Source of the DNA: a virus
Lineage: Duplodnaviria; Caudoviricetes
Virus record (IMG/VR): IMGVR_UViG_3300031555_003626
Span: 96,001 to 160,000 of that record
Direction: 5' to 3' (one strand)
DNA length: 64,000 nt
The notes beneath the pieces were generated by a model. That model saw nothing but the letters and a program-made list of their open reading frames with translations, did no database searches and had not been told where the DNA came from. The first letter of the stretch is position 1; each line of letters starts with the position of its first letter. The position numbers were made by a program, and so were the translations under genes. Positions 47,412 through 56,594 of the stretch are shown here, piece after piece.

Positions 47412-48041
47412 ATGATTGAATACAATAAGATTGATACTCTTTACAAGAGAGATATGGAAGGAACTAAGAAGCTTCTCGAGGGTGAGTTTAGAAATCCTAC
47501 AGTAGAGTTTCTTAAGGATAATATTTGGACTTTTACCGAGAAGATTGACGGAACCAATATATCCGTTTGTTGGGATGGACATACTATTACATTTAACGGC
47601 AGAACAGAAAGAGCTGAGATTCCTACACATCTTCTTAACTACCTTATGGCTACTTTTAAGACAAATGAGGCTGAACAGATTTTTGAGGAGAAGTTTGGTG
47701 AGACGCCGGTAATTCTTTTTGGTGAGGGCTATGGTCCTAAGATTCAGAACGGTGGAAACTACAGAGCTGACGTAAGCTTTATTATGTTTGACGTTCTTAT
47801 TGCAGGCAACTACCAGCCTAGAGAATCCGTAGAAGATATCGCAAAGGCATTTGGTATTGATATCGTGCCTATTATCTTCGAGGGAACTATTCAGGAAGGC
47901 GTAAACTTTGTAAAGGGTCATCCTGATTCTACTATGGGTACCGCAAAAATGGAGGGTCTCGTTGGTCGTCCTAAGATAGAGATGCGCGACCGTTGTGGTA
48001 AGCGAGTTATTGTTAAGATTAAGTGGGAAGACTTTAAGTAA
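47412..48041 (+). CDS. RNA ligase, Rnl2-like adenylyltransferase domain
   Basis: EKIDGTN, FGEGYG, FDV, EGLV, VKIK. Confidence 0.85.
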   Translation: MIEYNKIDTLYKRDMEGTKKLLEGEFRNPTVEFLKDNIWTFTEKIDGTNISVCWDGHTITFNGRTERAEIPTHLLNYLMATFKTNEAEQIFEEKFGETPVILFGEGYGPKIQNGGNYRADVSFIMFDVLIAGNYQPRESVEDIAKAFGIDIVPIIFEGTIQEGVNFVKGHPDSTMGTAKMEGLVGRPKIEMRDRCGKRVIVKIKWEDFK

Positions 48042-48055
48042 AATTGTACATAATT

Positions 48056-48090
48056 GAGCGCGGTATATATTGCTGCGCTCTTTTCTTTTT
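48056..48090 (+). terminator. intrinsic terminator
   Basis: GAGCGCGGTA/TGCTGCGCTC plus T run. Confidence 0.85.
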
Positions 48091-48147
48091 AATTTTACTT
48101 ATCAATATTGTATAATATTATTTACACTTAAAATACGGAGGTAGTTA

Positions 48148-48852
48148 ATGTTAAAACGACATATTAATTTATTTATTAAATTATTTTTAATTATGGTATT
48201 GATTTTACTCTTTTGGTTTATTTTAAGCCAAGGTGAAGCAGAGTCAGTTGACACTTATGTAGAGAAACCGATTAAGACTGAGATAACTTTAATAGAACCT
48301 ACTTCTACGCCAAAGCCTACCCCTACACCAAAACCGACTCCCGTGCTCACACCCACTCCGAAGCCTACTGAGTTGGAGAATAACTACTTAGATAAAATTA
48401 AACAGTGGGAAGAAGAGCATTATTATGCAACAAAAGTCTGGGAGTTTCTCAGACAAGAGGGTTTTAGTCAAGAAATTACCTGTGCGATTATTGGTAATAT
48501 GATGATTGAGACTTCAGGCGGCTCTTTAGATCTTAAACCAAATATTTATAGCTCAGATGGAGAGTACTATGGCCTATGTCAGTGGGCTAAAGAATTTTAT
48601 CCTGAAGCACATGGGCTTTCTTTTGAACAACAATTAGACTTTTTACTTGAGACTATTGTTTGGGAAATTAATACTTTTGGTAAAGACTATAGAGCAGGAT
48701 TTAGCTATGAGGATTTCTTAGCTATGAGAGATCCTGCTGAAGCTGCACTTGCTTTTGCTAAATCTTATGAAAGATGTAGGCCAGCTAGCTATGAGCTGCG
48801 TCAAGAAGCCGCGTTAAAAGCATATGAATACTTTAATTTAGAGCGTCCTTAA
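48148..48852 (+). CDS. membrane-anchored phage tail-lysozyme-family muralytic enzyme
   Basis: N-terminal TM, PT-rich linker, IIGNMMIETSG, YGLCQW, FAKSYER. Confidence 0.75.
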   Translation: MLKRHINLFIKLFLIMVLILLFWFILSQGEAESVDTYVEKPIKTEITLIEPTSTPKPTPTPKPTPVLTPTPKPTELENNYLDKIKQWEEEHYYATKVWEFLRQEGFSQEITCAIIGNMMIETSGGSLDLKPNIYSSDGEYYGLCQWAKEFYPEAHGLSFEQQLDFLLETIVWEINTFGKDYRAGFSYEDFLAMRDPAEAALAFAKSYERCRPASYELRQEAALKAYEYFNLERP

Positions 48853-48907
48853 ATTGGGCGCTTTTATCGTATAATATTATATATAAATTTATTTGGAGGA
48901 TTATATT

Positions 48908-49255
48908 TTGATACATACTTCTTATTTTTCATCTCGTAAATATAAGCCTGAAGATGGGGTATCAGTAGCAAGATATTGCAAATTTTGGCGTGGCTCTACT
49001 TTTGAGGCCCTAGTACCAATTGAAGGGCTTCTATGGTGGTGGAAGCATCTTTCATTTGAAGAGCAAAACGAATCTCAACAATACTATGAGTATCTTTATC
49101 GAGAGCAGACCTTGAGTAAGTTAAATCCAGCAGAAGTTGCAATGATTCTTGAAGGCAAAACACTTTTGTGTTATGAGAAATCAGAAGATTTTTGTCATAG
49201 ACATATTATAGCTAAGTGGCTTAGAGAAGCCGGTTTTGAATGTGAGGAGCTCTAA
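48908..49255 (+). CDS. DUF488-like protein
   Basis: IHTSYFS, LLCYEK..DFCHRH. Confidence 0.65.
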   Translation: MIHTSYFSSRKYKPEDGVSVARYCKFWRGSTFEALVPIEGLLWWWKHLSFEEQNESQQYYEYLYREQTLSKLNPAEVAMILEGKTLLCYEKSEDFCHRHIIAKWLREAGFECEEL

Positions 49256-49653
49256 TGAAACGGAAAGCAATACCTAAGAAAGTACGCGAGGCAGTTTATA
49301 ATAAATATGATGGACACTGCGCTTACTGCGGAAAAGAGCTTGGCCCAAAAGACTGGCAGTTAGATCATCTTATTCCTGTTCAGCGAGAACGCTTTAAGCG
49401 ATACTCTGAGGAAGAAATTGAGTGCTTTGAAAACTATGTTCCAGCTTGCCGGCGCTGTAATCACTATAAACGAGCGCATTCTTTAGAAGTATTTAGAAGG
49501 TATATTGAAGAGATTCCGGCAAAGCTTTATAGAGATAATTACATATATAAAGTTGGGCTAGACTACGGCTTAGTTGAGGCTCACGAACGTAAGATTAAGT
49601 TTTATTTTGAGGAGTATGAAGAACGTGAAAAACAAAAAGAAAATATCACTTAA
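49255..49653 (+). CDS. HNH endonuclease
   Basis: CAYCG, DHLIP, NYVPACRRCNHYK. Confidence 0.9.
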   Translation: MKRKAIPKKVREAVYNKYDGHCAYCGKELGPKDWQLDHLIPVQRERFKRYSEEEIECFENYVPACRRCNHYKRAHSLEVFRRYIEEIPAKLYRDNYIYKVGLDYGLVEAHERKIKFYFEEYEEREKQKENIT

Positions 49654-49982
49654 AGAGTGGACTTACATAGGAAAGCTTAACCATGCAGCAAAGTGGTGTA
49701 GACCCTTATGTTCCTATACCTTAATTAAGCAGGATGAGAAAACTTTTATACGTGAACAAAAAATAAATTTATTTGCTTATCTTCTTATTTTTATTCCGAT
49801 ACACTTATTGCAAGCATTCGTCTGTATGTGGGACGGAGGTTTAAGAGAGTTCATAATTCTTAAACGTGGCCTTGGCAAAGATTTTTTAAATAAAGGAACT
49901 GCTTCTTTTGAGCGTGCAGAGCAGGTTTGGACTAAAGAAAAGGTAAATATTATCAAAGATTAAAAATTGTTTGTAAAATAAC

Positions 49983-49997
49983 TGCTAAATTATTTAG
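49983..49997 (+). promoter_or_regulatory. class III promoter motif
   Basis: TGCTAAATTATTTAG. Confidence 0.65.
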
Positions 49998-50028
49998 TAA
50001 AAACTCTTATTGAAAGGAGTTGCTAAGT

Positions 50029-50646
50029 ATGAATATGTTTCGTATTTTTATGGAACTTGATGAAGCTTATAATGACCGACAATTTCATATAGATGAGCTC
50101 AAAAAGGCCGGTAAAAATTATAACTTTAGTAAATATACTGATGCTCAACTTTACCGTATGTGGCAAAGACTTCAGCAGCCAAGAGTAGCAGTCAAAGAGC
50201 CTAAACATGATCTTGACCTTGATTTTGAGCCTGAGCAAGAGCATGATTGTTGTAATTTCTGTGGTATGAGACTAACTGATTTTGGTCAGTGTCCGGTATG
50301 CGACCTTGGGGAAGAAGACATTAATGAAGGCATCTTTGATAAGCCAACTATGAGTAGTTGGGTTTCTATGTCTAGTAAGCCCACTAATACTGTGCCTAAT
50401 AGTGTACAGTCTACCGCGGCAACGCAAACAGCTAATAATAACATACCAACAAATGGTAAATATGTAGTAAGAATTGTATCTCAAGGCGGTCGCCTAAGAG
50501 CTCTTGCTACAGATGGTACAAATCCTGCTGCTTGGGTAGCTTTTCCGAATGACTTAAGACAATATGAAGGTCAGATGTATGAAGTTGATCAGCTTATTTG
50601 GAATGGTAAGAATTATAGAGTTGCTGGAAATATAGTAGAAATATAA
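50029..50646 (+). CDS. hypothetical protein with zinc ribbon, putatively late
   Basis: FMELDEAY N-terminus; CNFCG...CPVC. Confidence 0.8.
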   Translation: MNMFRIFMELDEAYNDRQFHIDELKKAGKNYNFSKYTDAQLYRMWQRLQQPRVAVKEPKHDLDLDFEPEQEHDCCNFCGMRLTDFGQCPVCDLGEEDINEGIFDKPTMSSWVSMSSKPTNTVPNSVQSTAATQTANNNIPTNGKYVVRIVSQGGRLRALATDGTNPAAWVAFPNDLRQYEGQMYEVDQLIWNGKNYRVAGNIVEI

Positions 50647-50698
50647 ATAATAATTAAAATAATAAAATAAATTTAAAATTACTAAGGAGATTTATAAA

Positions 50699-51472
50699 AT
50701 GTATAATTTTATTAGTACGTTTGAAGAGCTTGATAAACTTTATGAAGAGCTCGAGATTACTGAAAACTTTGACAATGACAACGGTGTCACTGCTTGGAGT
50801 AAGAATGTAATTGACTTATACACACAGGCTGCAGAGCAGCTAGGTCTATCTGATTACACAATGACGATGACTAGAGACGATAACGGCAAAGACATTGCAG
50901 TTATCACTGCGACAAAGAATGGTAAGAAGCTTTTTGCTGAAGAGCCTTCTATCGATGAGACTCACAACGTTAAGAACATAGAGGATGCCAAAGAGGTAAT
51001 TAAGTTCCTTTTCCCCGACCTTACTGAGTCTTGTAAGGAAGCACTCACTGAGGCCGCTGAAGATGAAGTTGTAGAGGAAGAGATTCCTGTTGATGAGGAA
51101 CCCGTGGAGGAGCCTGCTGCAGGGGATGAGCCCAGACAGCTTATCTGTGAGTGCGATAAGTGTGGTGCTCTTGTAATTAAGGCTGAGTCTGATATTATTG
51201 TTGATGAAGAGTCTAACCTTGTTAATGTTGAAGATGAGTGTCAGTTCTGTGAAGAAGCAAATGGTTACAAGATTATAGGCGTGATGATGCCTTACGAGGT
51301 AGCTGAAGAAGCACCTGTTGAAGAAACTCTAGCAGAAGATGAATTCGTTGAAGAGTCGATTAAGACAGAGTCTAAGGATGACGAGCTTGAGGAGATTTTT
51401 GACATTAAGCCTTCCGTAAATCTTAGCTTAGATGGTGGACAGGGCAATGACGTTTCTGTATTGGGTCACTAA
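50699..51472 (+). CDS. very acidic protein with zinc ribbon, putatively late
   Basis: FEELDKLYEE; CDKCG...CQFC; many L/I-x-E sites. Confidence 0.8.
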   Translation: MYNFISTFEELDKLYEELEITENFDNDNGVTAWSKNVIDLYTQAAEQLGLSDYTMTMTRDDNGKDIAVITATKNGKKLFAEEPSIDETHNVKNIEDAKEVIKFLFPDLTESCKEALTEAAEDEVVEEEIPVDEEPVEEPAAGDEPRQLICECDKCGALVIKAESDIIVDEESNLVNVEDECQFCEEANGYKIIGVMMPYEVAEEAPVEETLAEDEFVEESIKTESKDDELEEIFDIKPSVNLSLDGGQGNDVSVLGH

Positions 51473-51570
51473 TATTAATTTTAAAAATAAAGGTTAGTAT
51501 AAAAGCTAGCCTTTATTTTTATACTTTTTATTGTATAATATATTATAACTATATAAAAAGGAGAATTATT

Positions 51571-52131
51571 TTGGCTACATCTGTTCCAGAAATCAAAGCA
51601 GCCTATGAGCATACTAAGGCTGGAACATTTTTATTTAACTTGTGTGCCGCGTGGACTAAGTTTCTCGTGAAACACCGTCGGCTTTATTATCTTCTTGCGT
51701 GTACTTGGGGTCTACTTTGGACTTTGGCCGGTCTTGTTGTCTCAGGCGTGCTTGCGGTAGTAAAGCTTTTTGCAAAAGATAAGATTAAAATTACTTTTAA
51801 GCCTTATCATTGGATTTATAGTATCTCAGTCGGACATAACTTCTGGGGTGGACTTGAATTCGGACTTTGCTTCCTTCGTGATCAAAAGTCTCGTGGAAAT
51901 CTTAACGCACATGAATTCGGACATTCTTTCCAGAACTGCTTGTTTGGTCCGCTGTTCCCCCTTCTTGTAGCGATTCCTTCTATGACTTGGTATCATTCCA
52001 GGAAGAAGAATAAGGAGAAGGCAAAGAAACCTTACGATTCTATGTGGTTCGAGGACGCAGCAACTCAATGTGGCTTGTACGCAGTTAGAATTTTAAATGC
52101 TAAAGAACTTGTTAAGATAACGGAGGTTTAA
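51571..52131 (+). CDS. membrane-associated HExxH metallopeptidase-like protein
   Basis: TM helix, AHEFGHSFQ, WFE. Confidence 0.6.
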   Translation: MATSVPEIKAAYEHTKAGTFLFNLCAAWTKFLVKHRRLYYLLACTWGLLWTLAGLVVSGVLAVVKLFAKDKIKITFKPYHWIYSISVGHNFWGGLEFGLCFLRDQKSRGNLNAHEFGHSFQNCLFGPLFPLLVAIPSMTWYHSRKKNKEKAKKPYDSMWFEDAATQCGLYAVRILNAKELVKITEV

Positions 52132-52133
52132 AA

Positions 52134-52355
52134 ATGAAAAATTGGACCGCTTGTATTATAGCCTCAATAGTTTGTAGATTTCTTGGCCTTGTAGCTATTC
52201 TTGCTTTTGTATATTTTATGGTAGTACTTACTGGAAGTCTTCACTGTTTGTGGCTTCTATTCTTGATACTCATATTAGATTGTATACCTACATATGAATT
52301 TAAACGCGAAATTCCTAAAAATGAAAATAATAAGGAGATAAATAATGGCAATTAA
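52134..52355 (+). CDS. small membrane protein
   Basis: two hydrophobic segments. Confidence 0.7.
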   Translation: MKNWTACIIASIVCRFLGLVAILAFVYFMVVLTGSLHCLWLLFLILILDCIPTYEFKREIPKNENNKEINNGN

Positions 52356-52977
52356 AATTACTAAACCTGGACAGACCATTTTTCATGGTTTTTGTGACCG
52401 CTGCGGTTGTGAATTTACCTATGAACTTATAGACCTTAAGCTCAGCGCTGTTGGAAACAAGGTAAGTTGTCCTACTTGCGGAAAAGACTATCTACATCCC
52501 ACTATGGTACAGAATCCGACACTTCAGACAGGCATTGGTTATCAGTGGCCCTCAGACAGTACTGATCCTTGTGCTGGCTGTGTTTGGAGAAGCAATTTAG
52601 AACAGGGTGGCGTTTACATTGGAGATACTCCTTGTACCTGGTGTAATAAGAATCAGTTTAATAAGATTACTTGTGTTCAACCAAGTATTGAAGATTATAG
52701 AACACCTTGTGTAAATCAGTTAGATACTCATTTAACCACTTCTGCTTCAAGTGAACTTAGTGGCACAAAGTATACTACTGCTTATAATAGTTCTGACAAT
52801 GTAGTAAATGGCGAAGTTATGAATACTATCTTAGATTGTTGTCGTAATAACGCTAAGATTCATAAGGAATCTGCTTGTGAATGTAATAGCGACCGTTGTG
52901 GCGATACAGAAGGCTGTAATTCTTGCTCTGGCGAGCATAACTGCGGTAGTAAGAAAAACTGCAAAGGCAAACATTAA
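52345..52977 (+). CDS. cysteine-rich zinc-binding protein
   Basis: CDRCGC, CPTCG, CxxC pairs, Cys-rich tail. Confidence 0.7.
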   Translation: MAIKITKPGQTIFHGFCDRCGCEFTYELIDLKLSAVGNKVSCPTCGKDYLHPTMVQNPTLQTGIGYQWPSDSTDPCAGCVWRSNLEQGGVYIGDTPCTWCNKNQFNKITCVQPSIEDYRTPCVNQLDTHLTTSASSELSGTKYTTAYNSSDNVVNGEVMNTILDCCRNNAKIHKESACECNSDRCGDTEGCNSCSGEHNCGSKKNCKGKH

Positions 52978-53007
52978 AGCTCAATATAAGCGAAATTTAG
53001 GCTATCT

Positions 53008-53038
53008 GAGAAGGCATTGAAATATATGCCTTCTTTTT
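53008..53038 (+). terminator. intrinsic terminator
   Basis: GAGAAGGCAT/ATGCCTTCTT plus T run. Confidence 0.8.
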
Positions 53039-53110
53039 ATTAAAAATATTGAAATCGGCAATATTTGTATTGTATAATATAATATAACAATTATGGAGGA
53101 AGAATGTATT

Positions 53111-53344
53111 ATGTATGATTCTATGGTTCGCGACGTTCTAAGAGAGTGGAAAGACGATGCTAAAGTAACACATCTTATGCTCTACAGTCTAAGAAAGAAT
53201 GTGCTTACTGTTTATACTGACCGTCCTGGCCCGCTTATTGGCTGTCGAGGTGAGAGAATTGCTCGCTATCAGGAAAAGCTTAAGGCGCTTCCGATTTATC
53301 ACATTGAAGAAGTAAGACTTGAAGAAACTCATGGAATTTTTTAA
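53111..53344 (+). CDS. stand-alone type II KH-domain protein (ribosomal S3-like)
   Basis: VYTDRPGPLIGCRGERI. Confidence 0.65.
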   Translation: MYDSMVRDVLREWKDDAKVTHLMLYSLRKNVLTVYTDRPGPLIGCRGERIARYQEKLKALPIYHIEEVRLEETHGIF

Positions 53345-53356
53345 GGAGAATTAATT

Positions 53357-53671
53357 ATGAAATCAACCGGAATTGTAAGAAGAATTGATGACCTTGGAAG
53401 AGTAGTTATTCCTAAGGAAGTAAGACGTACTATGCGGCTTAAAGAAAATGATCCTCTTGAGCTTTTTATGGAAGGAGAATACGTTTGTTTTAGAAAGTAT
53501 TCCACTGAACCAGAGCTTAAGGGTGCAATTGAAGGCCTGCATGAAGTTATCTATGACGAAAATAGCCCTGTAGCAGACCTTCCCGCCGAGCAAGTAGCTT
53601 CTATTAAAGCCCTGCTTCACGTTCTTGAGCGAGACCTTAAGGAATATATCTTTGATAAGGAGCCCAACTAA
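53357..53671 (+). CDS. AbrB/SpoVT-family DNA-binding protein
   Basis: MKSTGIVRRIDDLGRVVIPKEVRRT. Confidence 0.9.
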   Translation: MKSTGIVRRIDDLGRVVIPKEVRRTMRLKENDPLELFMEGEYVCFRKYSTEPELKGAIEGLHEVIYDENSPVADLPAEQVASIKALLHVLERDLKEYIFDKEPN

Positions 53672-54617
53672 TGATTAAGGTGGATAAAGATATGCTTGAC
53701 GCTGCGGAAGCTGCACTTGAAAAGGCTAAGAACGAGCTCAGATACGCTATTCATCTTGAAGAGTGTGGTAAAAATGCCGGTATCAGAAAGATGAATGCTA
53801 ATAAGGCTGACTGGCTTAAGTGGGTTGTTTATCTCGCGGAGCTCGGACTTGAGGCTGAAAAAATGTTTGCTGAGCAAGATAAAAAACAAAAAGAAGAAGC
53901 TGTAGATGAGCCCACGAAAGCATATGAACTTAAGTCTAATTTTCAGCGAGTAATAGATCTTTTCCAGGCAATTAATTCAGTAAAATTGTAAAATATTGCA
54001 AAAATATAACTTCCTATATTGTATTATAATATAGGAAGTTTTTACTATTTATGGAGGATTTTATCATGGTTACTATGGAGATGTATTTTGACAAAGAGAC
54101 TTTTGAGCCTGGAAAGAATTATTTTTCTATTGAAAAGGTAAAATGTAGTAGACCGCGAACTGAGCCCGAAACACACCTTCGTGAACAATCCTACAAGTGG
54201 AGTTGTATTGGATTTCACTGCATCGGCTGGGGCTGTCTGGTTGGCTTAGTCTTTATGATTACTTTCAGTGTTCTTGCCGCTTGTTTTAGTAACTGGCTTT
54301 ATGCTGGAACAGCTACCGGTGCTATTCTTTTTGTGGGTGGCATTATTTTTGCTAATGCTGTCTGCTGGCCCATGGAACAGGAGTATTCAGAAGAGCTTAT
54401 GGACTATCGACGAGAACATGAAGAAGAGCTTTGGGCAGAGGCTACTAAAGAACTGAAAGCATATAACGAAGAACAGCAGCGTATTGCTGAAGCTTGGAGA
54501 GCAGAGCATCCTTTTGAGGAGCATATCAGAACTTGTATTAAGGATCCTAATAGCTCTGTGGCTATTGCTATAGCAGCAAAATATTATGCAGAAAATTATT
54601 TAAATAAGGAGAACTAA
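53671..54617 (+). other. two hypothetical CDSs
   Basis: 53671-53991 and 54066-54617 (2 TM). Confidence 0.75.
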
Positions 54618-54624
54618 TTAAGTT

Positions 54625-55323
54625 GTGGATTTAACTAAATACATAGGACATAAATACGGTCATTGGACTGTTATTGACGTTGGAAAGCCAAAAAAGTATA
54701 AATCCTGTTCTCGCAGCACTTTAGTTTGTCAATGTCTTTGCGGAAATATTAGGGTTCTTGATAAATCTGCTCTGATAAACGGACGGAGTAGAAGTTGTTA
54801 TTGTATGGGTGTTATTTTAAAGGAAGGTGAACAGTATAATGAGTGGACCGTAGTCGGTAAATCGGAAACTACGAATAAACATAATGATCAATTTTATGCT
54901 TGTAGGTGTTCTTGTGGTATTATTAGAGCTGTTCGTATGGCTGATTTACTTAATGGCGCATCTAAAAATTGCGGACATAGCAGAACGACGCTATCTCTTG
55001 GCGCTAGTGCAGTAAAAAATATTTTAGATCTTAATAAAATTGACTATTATATGGAATATATTTTTGAGGATTTACCTCGCAGAAAATTTGACTTTGCCAT
55101 TCATAATAATGGGATTATTACCCGTTTAGTTGAGTTCGATGGAGAGCAACATGCGACTAATAGCAAGTCTAGCTGGCATACCGAGGCCTTGATGATGCGT
55201 GATTTCGAAAAAAACCAGTATGCTATTCGTAATAAAATACCATTAGTACGGATACCGTTTTGGAAAGATAAAACCATAGAGTATGAGGATATTTTTGGAG
55301 AAGAATTTTTAGTAAGGGAGTGA
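54625..55323 (+). CDS. free-standing homing endonuclease-like protein (Cys repeats plus PD-(D/E)xK/Vsr-like domain)
   Basis: two WTV...CxCxCG...SC repeats; FDFAI...EFDGEQH...RD..KN...LVRIP. Confidence 0.75.
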   Translation: MDLTKYIGHKYGHWTVIDVGKPKKYKSCSRSTLVCQCLCGNIRVLDKSALINGRSRSCYCMGVILKEGEQYNEWTVVGKSETTNKHNDQFYACRCSCGIIRAVRMADLLNGASKNCGHSRTTLSLGASAVKNILDLNKIDYYMEYIFEDLPRRKFDFAIHNNGIITRLVEFDGEQHATNSKSSWHTEALMMRDFEKNQYAIRNKIPLVRIPFWKDKTIEYEDIFGEEFLVRE

Positions 55324-55329
55324 TAACTT

Positions 55330-55647
55330 ATCAAGTTATGGATTGATGACGTAAGGTCTGCTCCGCCTGGAGATTATCTTTGGTTTAAGGATATAAATGA
55401 GGCTTTACGATTTATTAGAGCAAATGTTGCGGAGATCGATTTAATTGACTTTGATCATGATGCTGGTGATTTCCGTAGAGGCGGCAAAGAAGATTATATT
55501 GTTATATTGAAAGAGCTGGAACGTCTTCATCGTCGTGGGATAGTTAATTGCAGTCATATTAATTTTAGATTACATTCTGCAAATCCAGTCGGCGTACAAA
55601 ATATGAGAGCTATTATTGAAGCTAATGGTTGGAAGGAGATTCGCTGA
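55330..55647 (+). CDS. cyclic-phosphate-processing receiver-domain protein (ATC start)
   Basis: KLWIDDVR, DFDHDAG, HSANPVG; absent from ORF track; in-frame TAA at 55324. Confidence 0.7.
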   Translation: MKLWIDDVRSAPPGDYLWFKDINEALRFIRANVAEIDLIDFDHDAGDFRRGGKEDYIVILKELERLHRRGIVNCSHINFRLHSANPVGVQNMRAIIEANGWKEIR

Positions 55648-56303
55648 TGTATAAAATTATGGATACAGAAAAGCTTTTTATTCCTGTAAAGTCAGGCTTT
55701 CCTACTGCTGCCAAAGCTTATGACTGGGCTAAAAAACACTTAGGCAAAGATTCCTGTCATCCTTGGGGAATGGGTAAGGTCGGTAAGCTCTATAGATACT
55801 TTATACAGTCATATTAAGGAGATAAGATAATGAAAACAGCTAGGCCACCCTTTGTTTGGAATGTGCTTCTACATGATTGGAATGCTCATGATGTGAGAGT
55901 ATATAACGTTTTGTCGACCAGAAGAGAAGATTACATAAAGAAGCTTAAGAAAAAGTGTACTACTAAGGAAGAGTTTGTTGAGCTGCTTGATAGAGACCTA
56001 ATGCACCAATTTTGGTCGCGTTCTGAGTACGAAATGATTCTGTATATTGAAAATGACCGAGTTTATCTTGAGCCTTGGTGTGGTGATTTTAAAGACGGTA
56101 GAATTGATATTACTGACGGTGATACTCTTAATTGGCCGGTCTTCGCTAGGGAGATGCTTAAGCAGGCTTGGACAGATAAAGAGACTGGTCGTAAGTATGT
56201 AAAATTTGATGTGTATGATCAGCTTAAGTTTAAATTTGATGAACTAATAGATTTTGTTTGGAATTATAGACATAAATATCAGAGAATAAAGAAGGAGATT
56301 TAA
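55647..56303 (+). other. two hypothetical CDSs
   Basis: 55647-55817, 55830-56303. Confidence 0.75.
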
Positions 56304-56304
56304 A

Positions 56305-56532
56305 ATGAGAGTAAAAATTCAGCTTGATACTATTACCGATATTGGTAATTTTGTAGTTGCAGTTTCCCACGCAACCAGTAAAAATGATAAGGTATATGTA
56401 ACTGACGGTGATCGTTGTTGCATTAATGCAAAGTCTTTCCTTGGCCTTGTTGCTGCTAGAGACTTTGACGAGCTTTGGTGTGAGTCTGACAAGGACATCT
56501 ATTCCAGTATTAAAACATTTACTATTGATTAA
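56305..56532 (+). CDS. HPr-like protein
   Basis: INAKSFLGL (Ser46 motif); no His15 motif. Confidence 0.65.
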   Translation: MRVKIQLDTITDIGNFVVAVSHATSKNDKVYVTDGDRCCINAKSFLGLVAARDFDELWCESDKDIYSSIKTFTID

Positions 56533-56594
56533 CGTTTATATTTATAAACAAAACTGAGCTTTTCGTTTAAAATAATAAACATTAGGAGATAATT

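Noticed and set aside
48298-48369. Short tandem repeat
   Set aside because: Encodes an ordinary Pro/Thr linker with varied codons.
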